Shown here in pieces: positions 14,942 through 28,225 of a stretch of 64,000 nucleotides of DNA. The DNA is from Eledone cirrhosa. Its lineage: Eukaryota. The DNA lies in assembly GCA_964016885.1 (NCBI GenBank), contig OZ024740.1, positions 192,448,001 through 192,512,000 on the forward strand, written 5' to 3'. Each line of letters begins with the position of its first letter. Position 1 is the first letter of the stretch. The notes beneath the pieces were generated by a model. It saw nothing but the letters and a program-made list of their open reading frames with translations. It made no database searches and was not told the origin of the DNA. The position numbers were made by a program, and so were the translations under genes.

Positions 14942-15118
14942 TCACAAATGTCTCTCGGAAGTCTCCCCCCTTTTGGGGAATTTTTCATTGTTATTTTTTG
15001 TATTACATCCTCTGTTTTTCTACACGCAGAAATGCCCATTTGTACCGTCCTATATTGTCCTGTACTGTCCTTAATTTCTACTTTATCCCTTGTGGTTAAT
15101 AAAGAAAGCATTATTATT
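14942..15118 (+). mobile_element. Tx1/L1 3'UTR-only insertion
   Basis: Matches the 3'UTR at 24742-24930; ATT repeats on both sides. Confidence 0.85.
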
Positions 15119-18100
15119 TTCGACGACTATCAAATGGGGGGTGGGGTGGCAGTGCTGTTTAGGAAAGGACTGGATCTCGAGGTAAGGTCGATCTTCCGGG
15201 ACCCGGACGGTAAGTTGGTGGTCTTGGATGTGAGCAGTAGCGAAGGTGGTGTCTTTAGACTGCTGGCCGACTACGCCCCTACAGGGGCCGGACGACCTGA
15301 CTTTTTTAGGCGCCTGGAGACCTTTCTGTGTACGTCTCACCCTTTACTGTTAGCGGGGGACTGGAATGGCATCTTAGTCGCACGCTGGGATTGTGTGGGA
15401 GTAGCCGATAGGAGCGCGGGGTGCAAAAGCCTCAAGCACCTACTCAGCCAGTTCCAACTGTCTGACAGGTATCGACTAGATTTCCCCAATGTGCCAGTAT
15501 GGACATGGACCAACCGAATGGGGTCATCTAGATCGTATATAGACAGAATCTTCATTAGGAAAATAGATAGAAATAGTGTGGGCTGTCCACTTTTTACAAC
15601 GGTCGCCTATTCAGATCACAAATTTGTGATCTGTACGGTCGACCTAAATAAAACGCGTAGGTTAGGACCGGGTTATTGGAAGCTGAACATGTCATTTCCG
15701 GCACGTAAGGCTTACAGGGACCGAGTCAACAAGTTAGTTAAGCAAAAGTTGACAGGAGGGATCATCAACAACAGATGGTGGGGGGCTCTCAAAAGAGAGA
15801 TTAGTGTAACTTGGATAGAGTTCAGCAAAGAACTAGCGTGAGAGAAAAATAGAAAGGAGGGGGAATTGGTAGATATGTTAGACGAGGCTAATTGTAGTGG
15901 CGTCGCAACTGACGTGCTAGCGGCGAGAATGGCATTAGACCATTTCTTCAATGCCAAACACGAAGGTTGCATCGTCAGAGCTAAGGCGCGTGCGCTGAGA
16001 AACGAGGGAACTAAAGCTGTTCGATGGGCCCGCGTGGCGGAGGCGCAGCGTGGCAATAAAACCACAATTCGGCCTTTGGCGGACCGAGACGGACACGAGA
16101 TAAGCGAATCCAAGCGGATGTGTGAGGCCTTTCGCCAGCACTTTGCTCGGTTGTTCAGGGAGAGTGGCGAGTCAGAGAGAGTAGCGTATTTCAGTCCCTA
16201 CCTTGACGGCTTGCCGCGCATCTCGACGGTCGACGCTGAGCGCTGCAAAAGGCCGAATACTTCAGCCGAAATTCAGGACGCCCTTGTCGGCTGCATCAGG
16301 CGCAAGTCACCCGGTTTGGATGGCCTGCCCTACGAGCTTTACGTAAATATGCCAGACTTGTTCTCCGAACTCCTCGAAGCACTCTACTGTAACTGGCAGC
16401 AGAATGGGAGTATTCCCAGTTCTGTGAGCAGGGGAGTGGTGACGCTGATAAGGAAACACGAGAACAAGAGGGATACATTAGACAACTTCAGGCCCATAAC
16501 TCTGCTCAACACAGAGTTTAATATTTTGGCCAAGGTGTTAGCAAAGAGATTGGCGCTTGTCGTCGAGGATTTGGTTGGGGAGGCGCAAACTTGCGCAAAC
16601 AAGCCAGGTCCATACACGACAATCTCCACCTCATGCGATACATCATAGAGAGGGTAGGGTGTAAACCTGACTTCGGTGGGGCACAGATCAATTTAGATCA
16701 ATCGAAAGCATTCGATAGGGTCGACATCCGGTATCTGGAGTTTGTCCTCAAAGCAGCTGGCTTCGGCCCTGTCTTTAGAAGCTGGATCGTTGCAATGCAC
16801 AGCGGCACACGCTCTGTGGTCAAGGTTAATGGCCACCTCTCGGAACCATTCCGGCTTTCCCGATCGGTCCGTCAAGGGTGCCCTCTCTCTTCCCTTCTGT
16901 ACATATTGACTCTCGAGCCTTTAGTGCGGAAGCTGGAGCTGTTGCAAGGCATTCCGCTCGAACCGGGATGTGGAAATGCGGTGTCGGCTTATGCGGACGA
17001 CATCACCGTGATGGTGTCGAAAACCTCAGAAATCGAGGTGGTCGGCACCTTATTGAAGGAATATGAAAGGTTGACAGGAGCCAAACTTAACCCGGAAAAG
17101 TCGGTGGGCCTGCAGCTCGGAACCTGGAGAGGCAAGCCCATGCCGTCCAACAGCGTCGTGGGGCGCTGGAAGGACGGACCAGTAAAGTTGCTCGGGGTTT
17201 GGTTCGGACCAGACCTCCAGGTGGAAAAGAATTGGGACGAGGTAACGAGCAGAGTAGCCAGTCTCACCCAAAAATGGGCTGGGAGGAAGCTATCACTGAA
17301 AGGTCGCGCGGAGGTGGCGAATGCGTACATCGCGTCCGTCATCTACTACCGCCTAACCGTCGTGCCTTGCCCCCGTCCGCGCCTCGCCAAGTTAGAACGG
17401 CTCCTCTTCAAATTCTTGTGGAGGGGACAAGTTCCGTTGGTGAGGCGGTCCATTTGCTACCAGCACCCTCTACGCGGAGGGCTGGGCATGCCGTGGCTAA
17501 TGATGCGCAGACATGCGTTGAGGCTGCTACATCTCCAGATATTCTACCTCAATGGTAAACAGGTGTGGTCGCCGTTTATCAGACGGGCCTTTCCGCAGCT
17601 CATTTCTTTGACTGAGCTGCAGTCCTGGGTCAAGAAGAGACCGAGACTGGGTGACTGGCACCTGGACTGTTGCCAGGCACTCACTGCCCTCTACCAAGCG
17701 GGAAATGCGATCAGTGGAACTTCTACTCTTGAGTTCTATAGAAGATTAGTGCTGGGCAAGTGCAATGCCGCACTCGGAGAAGCTTTGGGCCTCGACGAAG
17801 TCGAACTGACCAGTTTGTACCGGAGGACTTTTGAGCCGAGGGCGATGGACAATTTCCAGAAATCCCTCGCTTGGCAGTGCTACCGGGGGGCACTGCCGGT
17901 TCGGGATAAACTCTACAGGCACGGAAGTGCTGTCAGACGGATCTGCCCAAGATGCGCACAGGACGACGAAACCGTTCTGCACGCACTTGTCCAATGTCCG
18001 TGCATTACTGACTTGTGAAGTTATGTCGAACAGCTACTGTCGCGTGTGGAACGAATCCGGCTATCGGCCGAGTCCATTGTGAGGATCGAGCCGCCACCTT

Positions 18101-18625
18101 CCTTAGGTCAGGAAAGAGCAGGACATGTTCCTCTGTCCGGTGGCAGTTGCGAAAGAGATTATATGGTGGACCAAGTTGAAAGGACTAAAGACAGACATTT
18201 TTCTCTTCGGCCAATCTTCAAGAGTCACCTGGAAAGGAAGGTGAGGGTAGAGAGAGAATTGCTTCCCTCCAGTACATTTTCTAAAAGGTGGGTGAATGTG
18301 GCGAGAATGGCTCGTGTGATTGGGCTTACTCTGACCATGCGCCTATAGGCTGGCTAACTTGAGGAGAGGGGTGCTCTCCTGGGTGCCCTAGAAGCGCAGG
18401 GTGGTTCAGGATTGGTGGGGTACCCGAATCACCCCAGGGTCGTCCACCCCCTATCGGGGAATTTATTTTGTTATATTTATGCATAGTTTATTTTATATTT
18501 TATTTATTTTCATTGTTAAATTAGTCTTGCCATTGTGCACTTTTACTCGACCTTATTGTAAACCCCCACTGTCCCTGTTTTTGTATTGTCCCCTACATGT
18601 CGGCCCTTGTGGCTAATAAATGAAA

Positions 18626-18627
<2 letters not shown>
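15119..18627 (+). mobile_element. 5'-truncated L1/Tx1-clade LINE, ORF2 pseudogene (APE-RT-CCHC)
   Basis: LAGDWN, SRSYIDRIF, SDH, KSPGLDG, NFRPITLLN, LDQSKAFDRV, RQGCPLS, AYADD, CPRC..ETVLHALVQC; stops and frameshifts; AATAAA then (ATT)n tail. Confidence 0.95.
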
Positions 18628-18685
<58 letters not shown>

Positions 18686-18686
<1 letters not shown>

Positions 18687-18931
18687 AGTTACATTTATCT
18701 TGCTTTATGTTCATACGAGTTATCACCAGGTCACAACCAGTAACCTCAAGAGACAACAAGGTCCGCCATGTTCAAGAAAGAACATACATACTCACACATA
18801 CATCTTTAGTGTTTAGACTTGTGATGTACTTATATTGACAAAATCTTCCTTAGTATATGGGCAGTTCCCATTAGTACTATCTTTTGTATTTCTCCTATAC
18901 GCGGGTTTCCTGGGATTTGTGATATGTAATC
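18686..18931 (-). mobile_element. R4/Dong-like (restriction-like endonuclease) non-LTR element 3' end
   Basis: Minus frame 18931-18830 reads DYISQIPGNPRIGEIQKIVLMGTAHILRKILSI*, typical of an R4/Dong C-terminus, then a short 3'UTR and (TAA)n. Confidence 0.72.
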
Positions 18932-19168
18932 ATTATTATTATTATTATTATTGAATGCTATGGTTGACGGAGGCTCGGCTCTGTAAGGTATTGTAAATTT
19001 TGAACGCTATAACAATTGTAAATTGTTTAAAACTTTAACGAACTTGTAGACAAAAACACCCTCCTCCTCGTGAGAGGGGTCTTTCTGCCCGTTATTTGGC
19101 CCTTAGGGGTTAAATAACTGCTTATTGGGGTTGTGTGCCCAATATTTATTTTAAACAAAAAAAACAAC

Positions 19169-21168
19169 ATGGCTACGAAAAAGAATTTTCATTCCGTCTT
19201 CTTCTTCCTAAATCATCACTACAGCAAAGAGAAGATTGTCTCTCTCCCTCCCTTCTCTTTCGCAAGCGACGACAGAAAAGAAAAGTCTCGTGCAAAGCGT
19301 GAAAGATTTCTCCACGACGACGACGACAACGACGAAACAGGTGTGCGGGAAATACGAAAACCCATTTCATTCGTCTGACGTCAGGAATAATAGCATTAGT
19401 AGCCGTAATAACAACAGCGACAGTGACAATGAAAACAACAGTAGCAGCTGCAACAGCATCACCAGCAGCATAAACAACAACAGCATTAGGAGCAGCAACA
19501 CCAACAACAACCACAGCAACAGCGGCGGAGGAAGCAACAACAAATGTAACAGCAGCTCTGACGACAACAACAACAACAGCAGCAAAGAAAAACCAATCTC
19601 ATTTGCAGGTATTGCGAAGAACCTGGAAACAAACCTCATAACAAATGAGGAATTAGAGGAAGCGAAGAAGACGGTGACAGAGTCTAGACACCGAGCAATC
19701 TGCAAGGCAGCGGAAACAATTTTCGAAACCCAACAGCACTGTACGGTCAAGTACCGTACAGTAAGTACAAAATCCCGTAGGGTTGAAAGAGCCACAGAGG
19801 CTCAAATACAAAAAGCCTTGGGGTCTGTGTGGCAGCGGAAAACGCACATCACCCGAGGCAAAAAATATGCCACCGTAGACGTACTTTTTGCCACACCCCA
19901 GGAGGCAAAGGCTCAATCCGTAGTAACCCTAAGGTGCGACGAAATGGTGTTGGTGTCCTCCTACTGCGGGCAAAAAATTGTGAGGGTCAAACTGACCCCC
20001 CCCCCCCCGGGATGGCCCCTTCTTGGCTGGCCGCGTCTGTCCTCGTCGGAATCGAGGACAAAACATCTGTACTGCAAGTACAGGAAAAAGTAAGAGAAGA
20101 TTGGGTCGGCACCTCCATTGAGATGCTAATCCAAACCAACCAGGAGTGCATCGAAGCTATCCCGGATGTGATAGACTTCGATAACGGCACTCAACTGCCC
20201 ATAAGTGTTGAGGGCAAACGCCCGAAATGCTTTCGCTGTGGATCGAAGACTCACCTCAGGGCCTTCTGCAACGAGAAGACCCTGAGAAAGGAGAAAACCC
20301 CCCTCCTTCCGAAACCGGCTCCACGGCTACCAGCAACAGGACAAGCGGCAACCAGGAACGATAGGTCCGTGGCATCCATACCCACGCCACGGAAATAAAA
20401 AACAGCAGCAGCAGTGGAAATATTAACAACAACAACAGCAATACCAAATGCAGCTGCAACAGAGACTCCAGTGCAAACATCACCAACAACAAAACAACAA
20501 GTGAAAGAGTGGAGCTGGTACCCATCCCCGACCTCACAGAATCAGACATGTAGTGTGAGGAGGGAGAGGGATGGCAAAAGGTCGTAAGAAGGCACAAACG
20601 CAGAAGCAGCGCATCGTCGCCTTTGAAAAGGGAGGAAAGAAATGAGAAAAGGGTAAAGTCTACTGCAAAGAGACTCACAGCAGCAACACCACCAACACCA
20701 TCACCACCCACACTAGCACCACCATCACCACCGGCGACAATCCCACCGCCAACAACACCCTCAACACCACTACCACAAGCACCAACATCGCAAACACAAC
20801 AACAAAACACACACACCCAGCAACAACGACAAGAATGTAGCAGAACCACACCCCACCCCCAGAAAAACAAATGCACGGCAATAAATACACACAACAAGAA
20901 TCTAATGACTTACATAATTGAACACACAGACATTTCACAACACGACTACATAATACCAGCACCAATCAAAACGCCAACTAACATAAGACTGCTAAAAATA
21001 GCACAGAAACAATACACAAACTTTAAAACGAAATTCCCCAACGCAGTTGGTGATTTCAGGGAACTGGGAGGAACTATCAATCGAAGAGTATATTCGGACA
21101 TACTCATAGAAGAGCCGACGACCAGCCGAGGGACGATTCAACGGTCCCTTCACCTGACGATCAAGTGA
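19169..21168 (+). pseudogene. Tx1 ORF1 (gag-like; zinc knuckle, N/S-rich and P-rich tracts), frameshifted
   Basis: ATG at 19169; CFRCGSKTHLRAFC CCHC knuckle; frameshift at the poly-C run near 20000; internal stops. Confidence 0.8.
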
Positions 21169-21247
21169 TAAGGGATGTAAAAACCATCCCTCCTCTACGA
21201 AAAGTACGGTAAGTGGTCTTTCCCATCTTTTCCATTCTACTTTAAAC

Positions 21248-24200
21248 ATGACCTCACTCAGAATAGGCAGCATAAATGCGCGTGGCTTGGGGTCGTCATG
21301 GAAGCAGGGTCACCTGCTCAACGACCTCAGGTCACTAAACATGGATGTAGTGGCCATCAGCGAGACCAGAATCTCCGAGCACGGGCCTTCGCACCGATCT
21401 TCGGCGGCTACGATGTGTACGCATCTCCCAGCCGTCCTGGATCGGGGGGAGGAGTTGCTGTGCTTTTTCGGAGAGGTTTGGATCTCGCCATACGGGCCAT
21501 CTTCCTTGACCCAGAGGGTAAGTTGGTGGTGCTGGACGTGACCAGCGGAGACGGGCAAGCTTTCAGGCTAGTGGCCGTCTATGCCCCGACAGGAGCAGAG
21601 CGGCCTGATTTCTTCCGGCGTCTGGAGACCTTTCTTGGAACGTCCCGCTCTTTAGTGTTAGTGGGCGACTGGATCGGGATCTTAGATGCACGCTGGGACT
21701 GTGTGGGATTAGCGGATAGGGGTGGAGGGTGCAAGAGCCTCACCAACCTGCTAAGGCGTTTTGAACTTTATGACAGTACCGATTGGATTCCCCGAATGTG
21801 CCAATGTGGACTTGGACAAATCGCATAGGGTCATCCAGATCATATCTAGATAGAGTATTTTGTAGGGAAATAGATAGGTCTAGCATAGGCTGTCCACAAT
21901 TCAAGATAGTCAGCTACACGGACCACAAATTCGTGATCTGTGTGCTTGACTTAGATAGGCTTCATAGACGAGGACTCGGCTACTGGAAGCTAAACGCGTC
22001 CTTACCAGCGCGCAAGGCCTACAGAGACCGGATTAGCGAACTAGTTAAACGGGCGTTGACGGGGGCCATCGTCAACAACAAGTGGTGGTTTGCTCTGAAA
22101 AGTGCGATTAGAATAGAATCCATTAGGTTTAGTAAGGCTTTAGCAATAGAGAAAAATAGAGCAGAGGGAGAACTAGTTAGAAAATTAGACGAGGCGCTTA
22201 GCAAAGGCATTGCGACCCACATACTTGCGGCGAAATTGGCCCTTGACCAATTCTTCAATGCAAAGCACGAATGCTGCGTTGTCAGAGTAAAGGTGCGTGC
22301 TCTCAGACACGAGGGGACGAAAGACGTTCAATGGGCCCGAGTGGCGGAGGCGCGTCGTGGCAACAAAGCCACGATCCGGTCTTTGGTGGACTACGACGGG
22401 CGCATGCTACTCGATCCCGGGAAAATGTGTGAAGCTTTTCAGCGACACTTCGCTCACCTGTTCGGGGGCAGCGGTGGGCCGGGTTGAGGGATGGACTTTA
22501 GTGTCTACCTCGACGGACTGACGCGGCTCTCGGCCACTGAGGCGAAGTGTTGCGAAAAGCCGATAACAGCCGCTGAAGTAAGGGAGGCAATGACTGGCTG
22601 CACAAGGGGTAAATCGCCTGGTTTGGATGGTCTGCCCTATGAACTTTAGGTACAGATGACAGACTTGTTCGGAGGCCTCTTGGCGGACGTCTACTGCAAC
22701 TGGCAACAGAACGGGAGAATTCCCAGTTCTGTGAGCCGAGGAGCGGTGGCACTGCTGAGAAAGGATCCGAACAAGGGGGATAACATAGATAATTTCCGGC
22801 CCATAACTCTGCTAAACACAGAGTTCAAGATTTTGGACAAAGGTGATAGCAAAGAGGTTGGCGCTTGTCGTTGGTGGTCTGGTGGGAGAGGCGCAGACAT
22901 GCGCCATTCCCGACAGATCCATCCACGACAACCTCCACCTCATGCGATACATCGTAGAGAGGGTAGCTAGGGAACCTGGCACGGGTGGGTCCTTGATCAA
23001 TTTAGATCAGTCGAAAGCTTTCGATAGGGTCGACCATCGTTACCTAGCGGCAGTCCTGAGGGCGGCTGGCTTTGGGCCCGTCTTCAGAGGCTGGATCGCT
23101 GCCATGCACGGCGACATCTGCTCTGTGGTGAGAGTGAACGGTCACATGTCGGAACCGCTCAACATCATGCGCTCGGTCCGCCAAGGATGACCCCTCTCGT
23201 CCCTCTTGTACGTATTGACTCTCGAGCCATTACTGCACAAACTGGAGGCGTTGAGGGGCGTCCCGCGCGAATTAGGATGCGGAAGATCCGTGTCAGCATA
23301 TGCGGACGATTTCACCATAGTGGTGTCGAACGCCAAACACATCGAGGCGATCGGCACTACACTAAGAGAATACGAAGCGGTGACAGGATCAATGATCAAC
23401 CAGGAAAAGTCAGTGGGCCTGCAGCTCGGCACCTGGAGAGGCAGGTCCATGCCGCCCAACAGCGTCGTCGGAAGCTGGACGGACGGACCGGTTAAATTGC
23501 TAGGGGTCTGGTTCGGTCCGGACCTCCAGACGGACAAAAACTGGGACGAGGTGACGAGCAGGGTGGCTTCTCTCACCCAGAAATGGGCGGAGAGGAAGCT
23601 ATCCCTTAAAGGTCGAGCGGAGGTGGCTAACGCGTACATCGCGTCTGTCATCTGCTACCGCCTGACCGTCGTACCTTGTCCTAAGCCTCGCCTGACTCTG
23701 CTGGAGCGTTTGCTCTTTCGCTTTTTGTGGAAGGGACGCGTTCCGATGGTCAGGCGGTCCATCTGCTGTCAACACCCGCTACGTGGAGGGCTGGGCATGC
23801 CGTGGCTGATGATGCGCAGGCACGCGCTCAGGCTACGACATCTCCACCCCTTCCTCGACGGTGATCAGGGGTGGTCGCCGTTTGCTAGACACGTATTTCC
23901 CCAGCTCGTTTCCTTGACGGAGCTGCAGTCCTGGTTCAAGCGAAGACCGAGAGGGAGCGCCTGGAGACTGGAATGTCTTTAGACGCTCACAGCCCTCGAC
24001 CAATCGGGCAATGTGATCGCTGGAAACTCCACCACGGCGTTCTATAGAGGATTAGTGGAGGGGAAGAGCGACGACGTACTTGGGGAAACTCTAGGCGTCG
24101 ACGAAAATCAACTAGCCAATCTCTTGGGGAGAACTTTCGGGCCAGGGCCTATGGACAACTTCCAGAAATCTCTGGCCTGGCAGTGCTACCGAGGAGCCTT

Positions 24201-24672
24201 GCCAGTTCGGGATAAACTCTACAGGCATGGAGGTGCCGTCAGCCGGGCATGTCCGAGATGCGCGCAGGGCGACGAAACCGTCCTGCACGCACTCGTCCAG
24301 TGTCCGAAAATTGCTGACTTGTGGGTTTATGTCGAACACCTGCTGTCGCGTTTAGGACGGATCCGGCTATCATCTGAGTCCATCGTGAGGATTGCCCCGC
24401 CCTCCTCCTTTAGCTGGGAAGGGCAGGCAGTTTTTATTTGTCTGGTGGCCATGGCGAAAGAGATAGTATGGTGGACACGTTTGAAAGGGCTGAAGACGAG
24501 CACTTACCTCTTCGGTGATGCTCTGATTGACTTTTTCAAATTTAATTTGAAAAGGAAAATCAGAGTAGAGAGGGAAGTGCTCTCTTCCCAGCATTTTGTT
24601 GAAAGATGGGTGAAGAGAAGCAAGAATGGCCCGAGTGAATGGGCCTACTCTGAGTATATATCTGTAAATTAA
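21248..24672 (+). pseudogene. Tx1 ORF2 (APE endonuclease, RT, CCHC), several frameshifts and stops
   Basis: SINARGL, SETR, VYAPTG, SYLDRVF, TDH, NFRPITLLN, AYADD, CPRC..HALVQC. Confidence 0.93.
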
Positions 24673-24926
24673 AGGTGGAAAACTGGGAGAGGGCACTTGC
24701 CTTGGTGGTCAGGGTCATTGTGGCCTTTTACTGGGCTTTCTCCACAAATATCCCTCCGAAGTCTCCCCCCTATTGGGGAATTTTTCATTGTTATTTTCCT
24801 TGTTATTTTTGTTACATCCTCTGTTTTTGTTTTTTACACGCAGAAATGCCCATTTGTACCGCCCTGCATTGTCCTGCACTGTCCTTAATGTCTACTTTAT
24901 GTAAACCCTTGTGGTTAATAAAGAAA

Positions 24927-24993
<67 letters not shown>

Positions 24994-25294
24994 GATTCAT
25001 TACATTAACTATAATTACACTCCTTATTCTTTACATTAAACTGCAACTATGTTGACACTCTTTAAATAACGTCTTCCTTGTGAAATGTGTGGTCTTGTTT
25101 TGCTTAACTAATGATTATTTCCAGCCTTGTGCACATAATCTCTGCAGGAACCCAGCCATCTAGCTGCCTTCCACTGCATATTGCACATTGAGCACATGCC
25201 TTTACGCTTTGGGCTTCTAACACATTCACCAATCTCTCTTCTCCTCTCCTATCTCCATCTCTCTCATTAAGATTGGTTTAATCTTGAACCGTGT

Positions 25295-25840
25295 GTATAT
25301 ATCACTGATGAAGGACTAATTTTATACATATGTAACCAATTTGCAACCACGCAGCACCCCATTTTTCATATCTTTATATATTTTCCTCCGCTGTTACCCG
25401 TCTGTTTCTTTCTTACTGCTTCCCCTTTCTCTGTATCTCTCACTTTCTTTTTACCCCTCTGCTAGTGACACTCTCTCTGTTAGCCTCTTCATCACACTTT
25501 CACTCAATCACTCTCTACAACTCCTTCTCCATCACTTCCTCCCGTTTGACCTGTGCGAAATTCTTTCCTCGCTCACATTTCGACCAGGTTGGATGGTCTT
25601 TATTCTCTCGTCTAATATTTCACAGAACTTATGTTCATCGATTTCGAGGACTTGACTCCTTTTTCCTCACTTTTCGTTGCATTACCATCTTTGTTTGTTT
25701 ACTGTCTCGCTTGTTCCCCGTATTTACATGTCCCAACGACTTTCTTTAGCCGTTACTCGCACCAACCAGAGGTATATGGTCTTTAAAGTGATGAAACACC
25801 AATGAAGGCTGGAAGATCACTGATGAAGGACTAATTTTAT

Positions 25841-25893
<53 letters not shown>

Positions 25894-25985
25894 AACGACA
25901 CGGTACAATGAAGAAATATGTTAGTTTAACGCTTGATATGGTAGGTAACATTTTCGGATAGAACTCGTTCGTCAGAAGATAGAAT
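25295..25985. repeat. PLE pLTR remnants with truncated or degenerate hammerheads
   Basis: ATCACTGATGAAGGACTAATTTTAT at 25301 and 25816 (515-bp spacing); minus-strand CTGACGA..TCC GAAAATGTTA near 25945-25980. Confidence 0.45.
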
Positions 25986-26289
25986 AAGAAATAGTGCGGT
26001 AGAGTGTGAGAAGGAGAATGAACGGCAGTCATTTTTGTTTTAGAAAGAAAACGTGTGTATTCAGTCAATCATTTTGGAGAATATATATTTTACTGTTGAG
26101 AAACATACTGTTGTCTAATCGTTTCTACTTTACATGAACTTTCCTCTTTCCTTTGTCATACCCTTTCTGCTTCGTTTTTCCGTTTATTAAAGGCGACAGG
26201 TATGGCTTACTTAGCGGTACCTATAATGAGGACTGTACTTATATATATTTTTCTGCAATATTTAGTGGGCGTTTAGAATTTAGTGAACC

Positions 26290-26530
26290 GAATATCATTG
26301 TAGCAGTAAGGGTAATGAATTTATGATTATATTGTCATGGAATCGCTTCTTGGAATGGGCTGTGTTGCGTTCTTTACAAAAACACTTTGCTTCTGAAAAC
26401 TGGGGTTTTAAGCCTGCGATTGACTGTCGTCCTGTACAAGCCTGCGATGGACTGTCGTCCTGTCTTGTACTCTCCGTTGTTTCCGCCACGGAAACGGGTA
26501 TAAGCACCGGCCTGACAAGTCTTTCCACAT
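26290..26530 (+). mobile_element. Degraded SINE with CORE-like and V-like domains
   Basis: GTTGCGTTCTTTACAAAAACACTT; duplicated CCTGCGATGGACTGTCGTCCTGT; CCACGGAAACGGGTATAAGCACCGGCCTGA. Confidence 0.55.
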
Positions 26531-26859
26531 GAAACAAGCTTTTAGAGTATCATTCAATTCCATAAAAAATCTGCATTTTTAATCACTTTATTTTACTGAC
26601 GTTCTCTCCCTTTAGTTGTTCATTTAGATATAAAAACTGGGATTTTTTCTGTATAATCCATTGGATAAATTTAATTCATCGAAGATTTTTATACTCACTA
26701 TAATGAATATGTGAGCTGTATCAATGGAAAGAATCAATTGACAAGATCCTATACCCCACTCGCTTACTGCGTTGGGCGGGACTCATCAAATTGGAGCAAG
26801 GAGACACTGTTTCCATTGGTCTTTCAATTCTTGATATTATCTCCCAGTCGCAACTCCTG

Positions 26860-26980
26860 AGATAAATAGCAAAATAAAATAAAGTGCTTAATGACATAAC
26901 GCATCGCACGGTCTTGAAATCGAACTCACAAACTCAAATTGCGATTCCAATTCTCTAATCACTGAGCCAGCCACCTTCAA
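26860..26980 (-). mobile_element. Degraded tRNA-derived SINE head
   Basis: Reverse complement: TGGCTCAGTGATTAGAG...GAGTTCGATTTC (A and B boxes). Confidence 0.5.
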
Positions 26981-27792
26981 AAAGGATTATTTCTAATGAT
27001 ATTATATGTGCCTCATGCCTGCTTAAAACGTGTCGAAAGCAAGTGAATGTATATTGGTAACGAGGTTCGGTTATAAATGTATGTCTTGATGACCAATCTT
27101 GTCTTTAGGTGAGGTTGAATGGTTTAGCTGAGTGAAATATAATATTTATAACGAGGCACCATTGGTGGTACATGTGTGTTTATGCGCACCAGTACAGTGC
27201 AGTACCATAGAGTATATTATTATAATACTTGGTATAGTAAGAAAATATACTTATTGTTTCGGATACTACTAGCCATTTATCAAACGAAAAACAAATGGGC
27301 GACGAGCACAAAAAGTAAGTGTGTGCCCGTAAGCAATTGTATATAAATCCTAATCAGAGGGTATTTTAAATGCTCGAGAAATTTTGAAATAGAGATCATT
27401 CTTGTATATGTTGAGTAGACATGTGTATGTGTGTGCGCTGGTTTGTGTATGTATGTGTGTGTGTGCGTGTATGTCTATTGGTTTATTTCTTTGTCTGTAC
27501 AAAGATGTAAGTGGATGTTTAGTAGACCAAGACAGAGCGTGTTGCTGTTAGATTGTATAAGTTAGAGTTAGCGGGTTAGGTGACCAACTCTGAGCGGCTT
27601 ACTCGTTTATGTGAAACTCTGCGTACACGCAAAGAGAGGCAATGAACTAGAAAAGGAGAGAGGGCTGTAGTGGCACCAGTTTCCCGTATTCAAGTAGGCA
27701 CATCATGGATCAAGGTGGGAGGTATCGACACTGACTGAATCTAGAATGTGTTGGGGCGGAAATATTGGGAGAAAAGTATGGAGATTTTTCAT

Positions 27793-28225
27793 ACTAGACC
27801 TGAAAAATGAGCAAGCTCAAAAGAGCGACAGGTTGTTATAATAAACCTTCAAAAGTATGGGACTAGAGTTGTTGCTCAAAAATATTGTAATCATTATCTA
27901 TCGTTCACAATGTGCCATCCTTTTATAAAAAAGAGACTCATAACGAACTCAAGACGACGCGAGAATTATTTAAGCTAATGTTCAATATCTCATATTAGAT
28001 GTTTAGTAATGATTAAAATGAACATAAACCGAATTCTATATTATAAATTCACTTAAATAATCATCATGTCGTCTTGCGTTCGTTATGAGTCTCGTTTTTA
28101 TAAAACAGAGTGTACGATAGATAATGATTACAATATTTTTGAGCAACAACTCTAGTCCCACACTTTTGAAGGTTTATTATAACATTCTGTGGCTCTTTTG
28201 AGCTTGCGCATTTTTCAGTTCTAGT
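27793..28225. repeat. MITE-like fold-back with ~180-bp imperfect inverted arms
   Basis: ACTAGACCTGAAAAATG... pairs with ...CATTTTTCAGTTCTAGT. Confidence 0.8.

Larger units (their letters stand above)
18953..24929 (+). mobile_element. Near full-length L1/Tx1-clade LINE, inactivated
   Basis: 5'UTR, ORF1, ORF2 and 3'UTR with AATAAA; (ATT)n on both sides. Confidence 0.95.

Noticed and set aside
14948-15841. 297-aa ORF as an intact gene
   Set aside because: Chance fusion of a Tx1 3'UTR stub with the truncated endonuclease of the next copy
27793-27840. Hammerhead in the arms of the 27.8-kb fold-back
   Set aside because: CTGAAAA...AAAA has no convincing stem I or III; left as MITE-like
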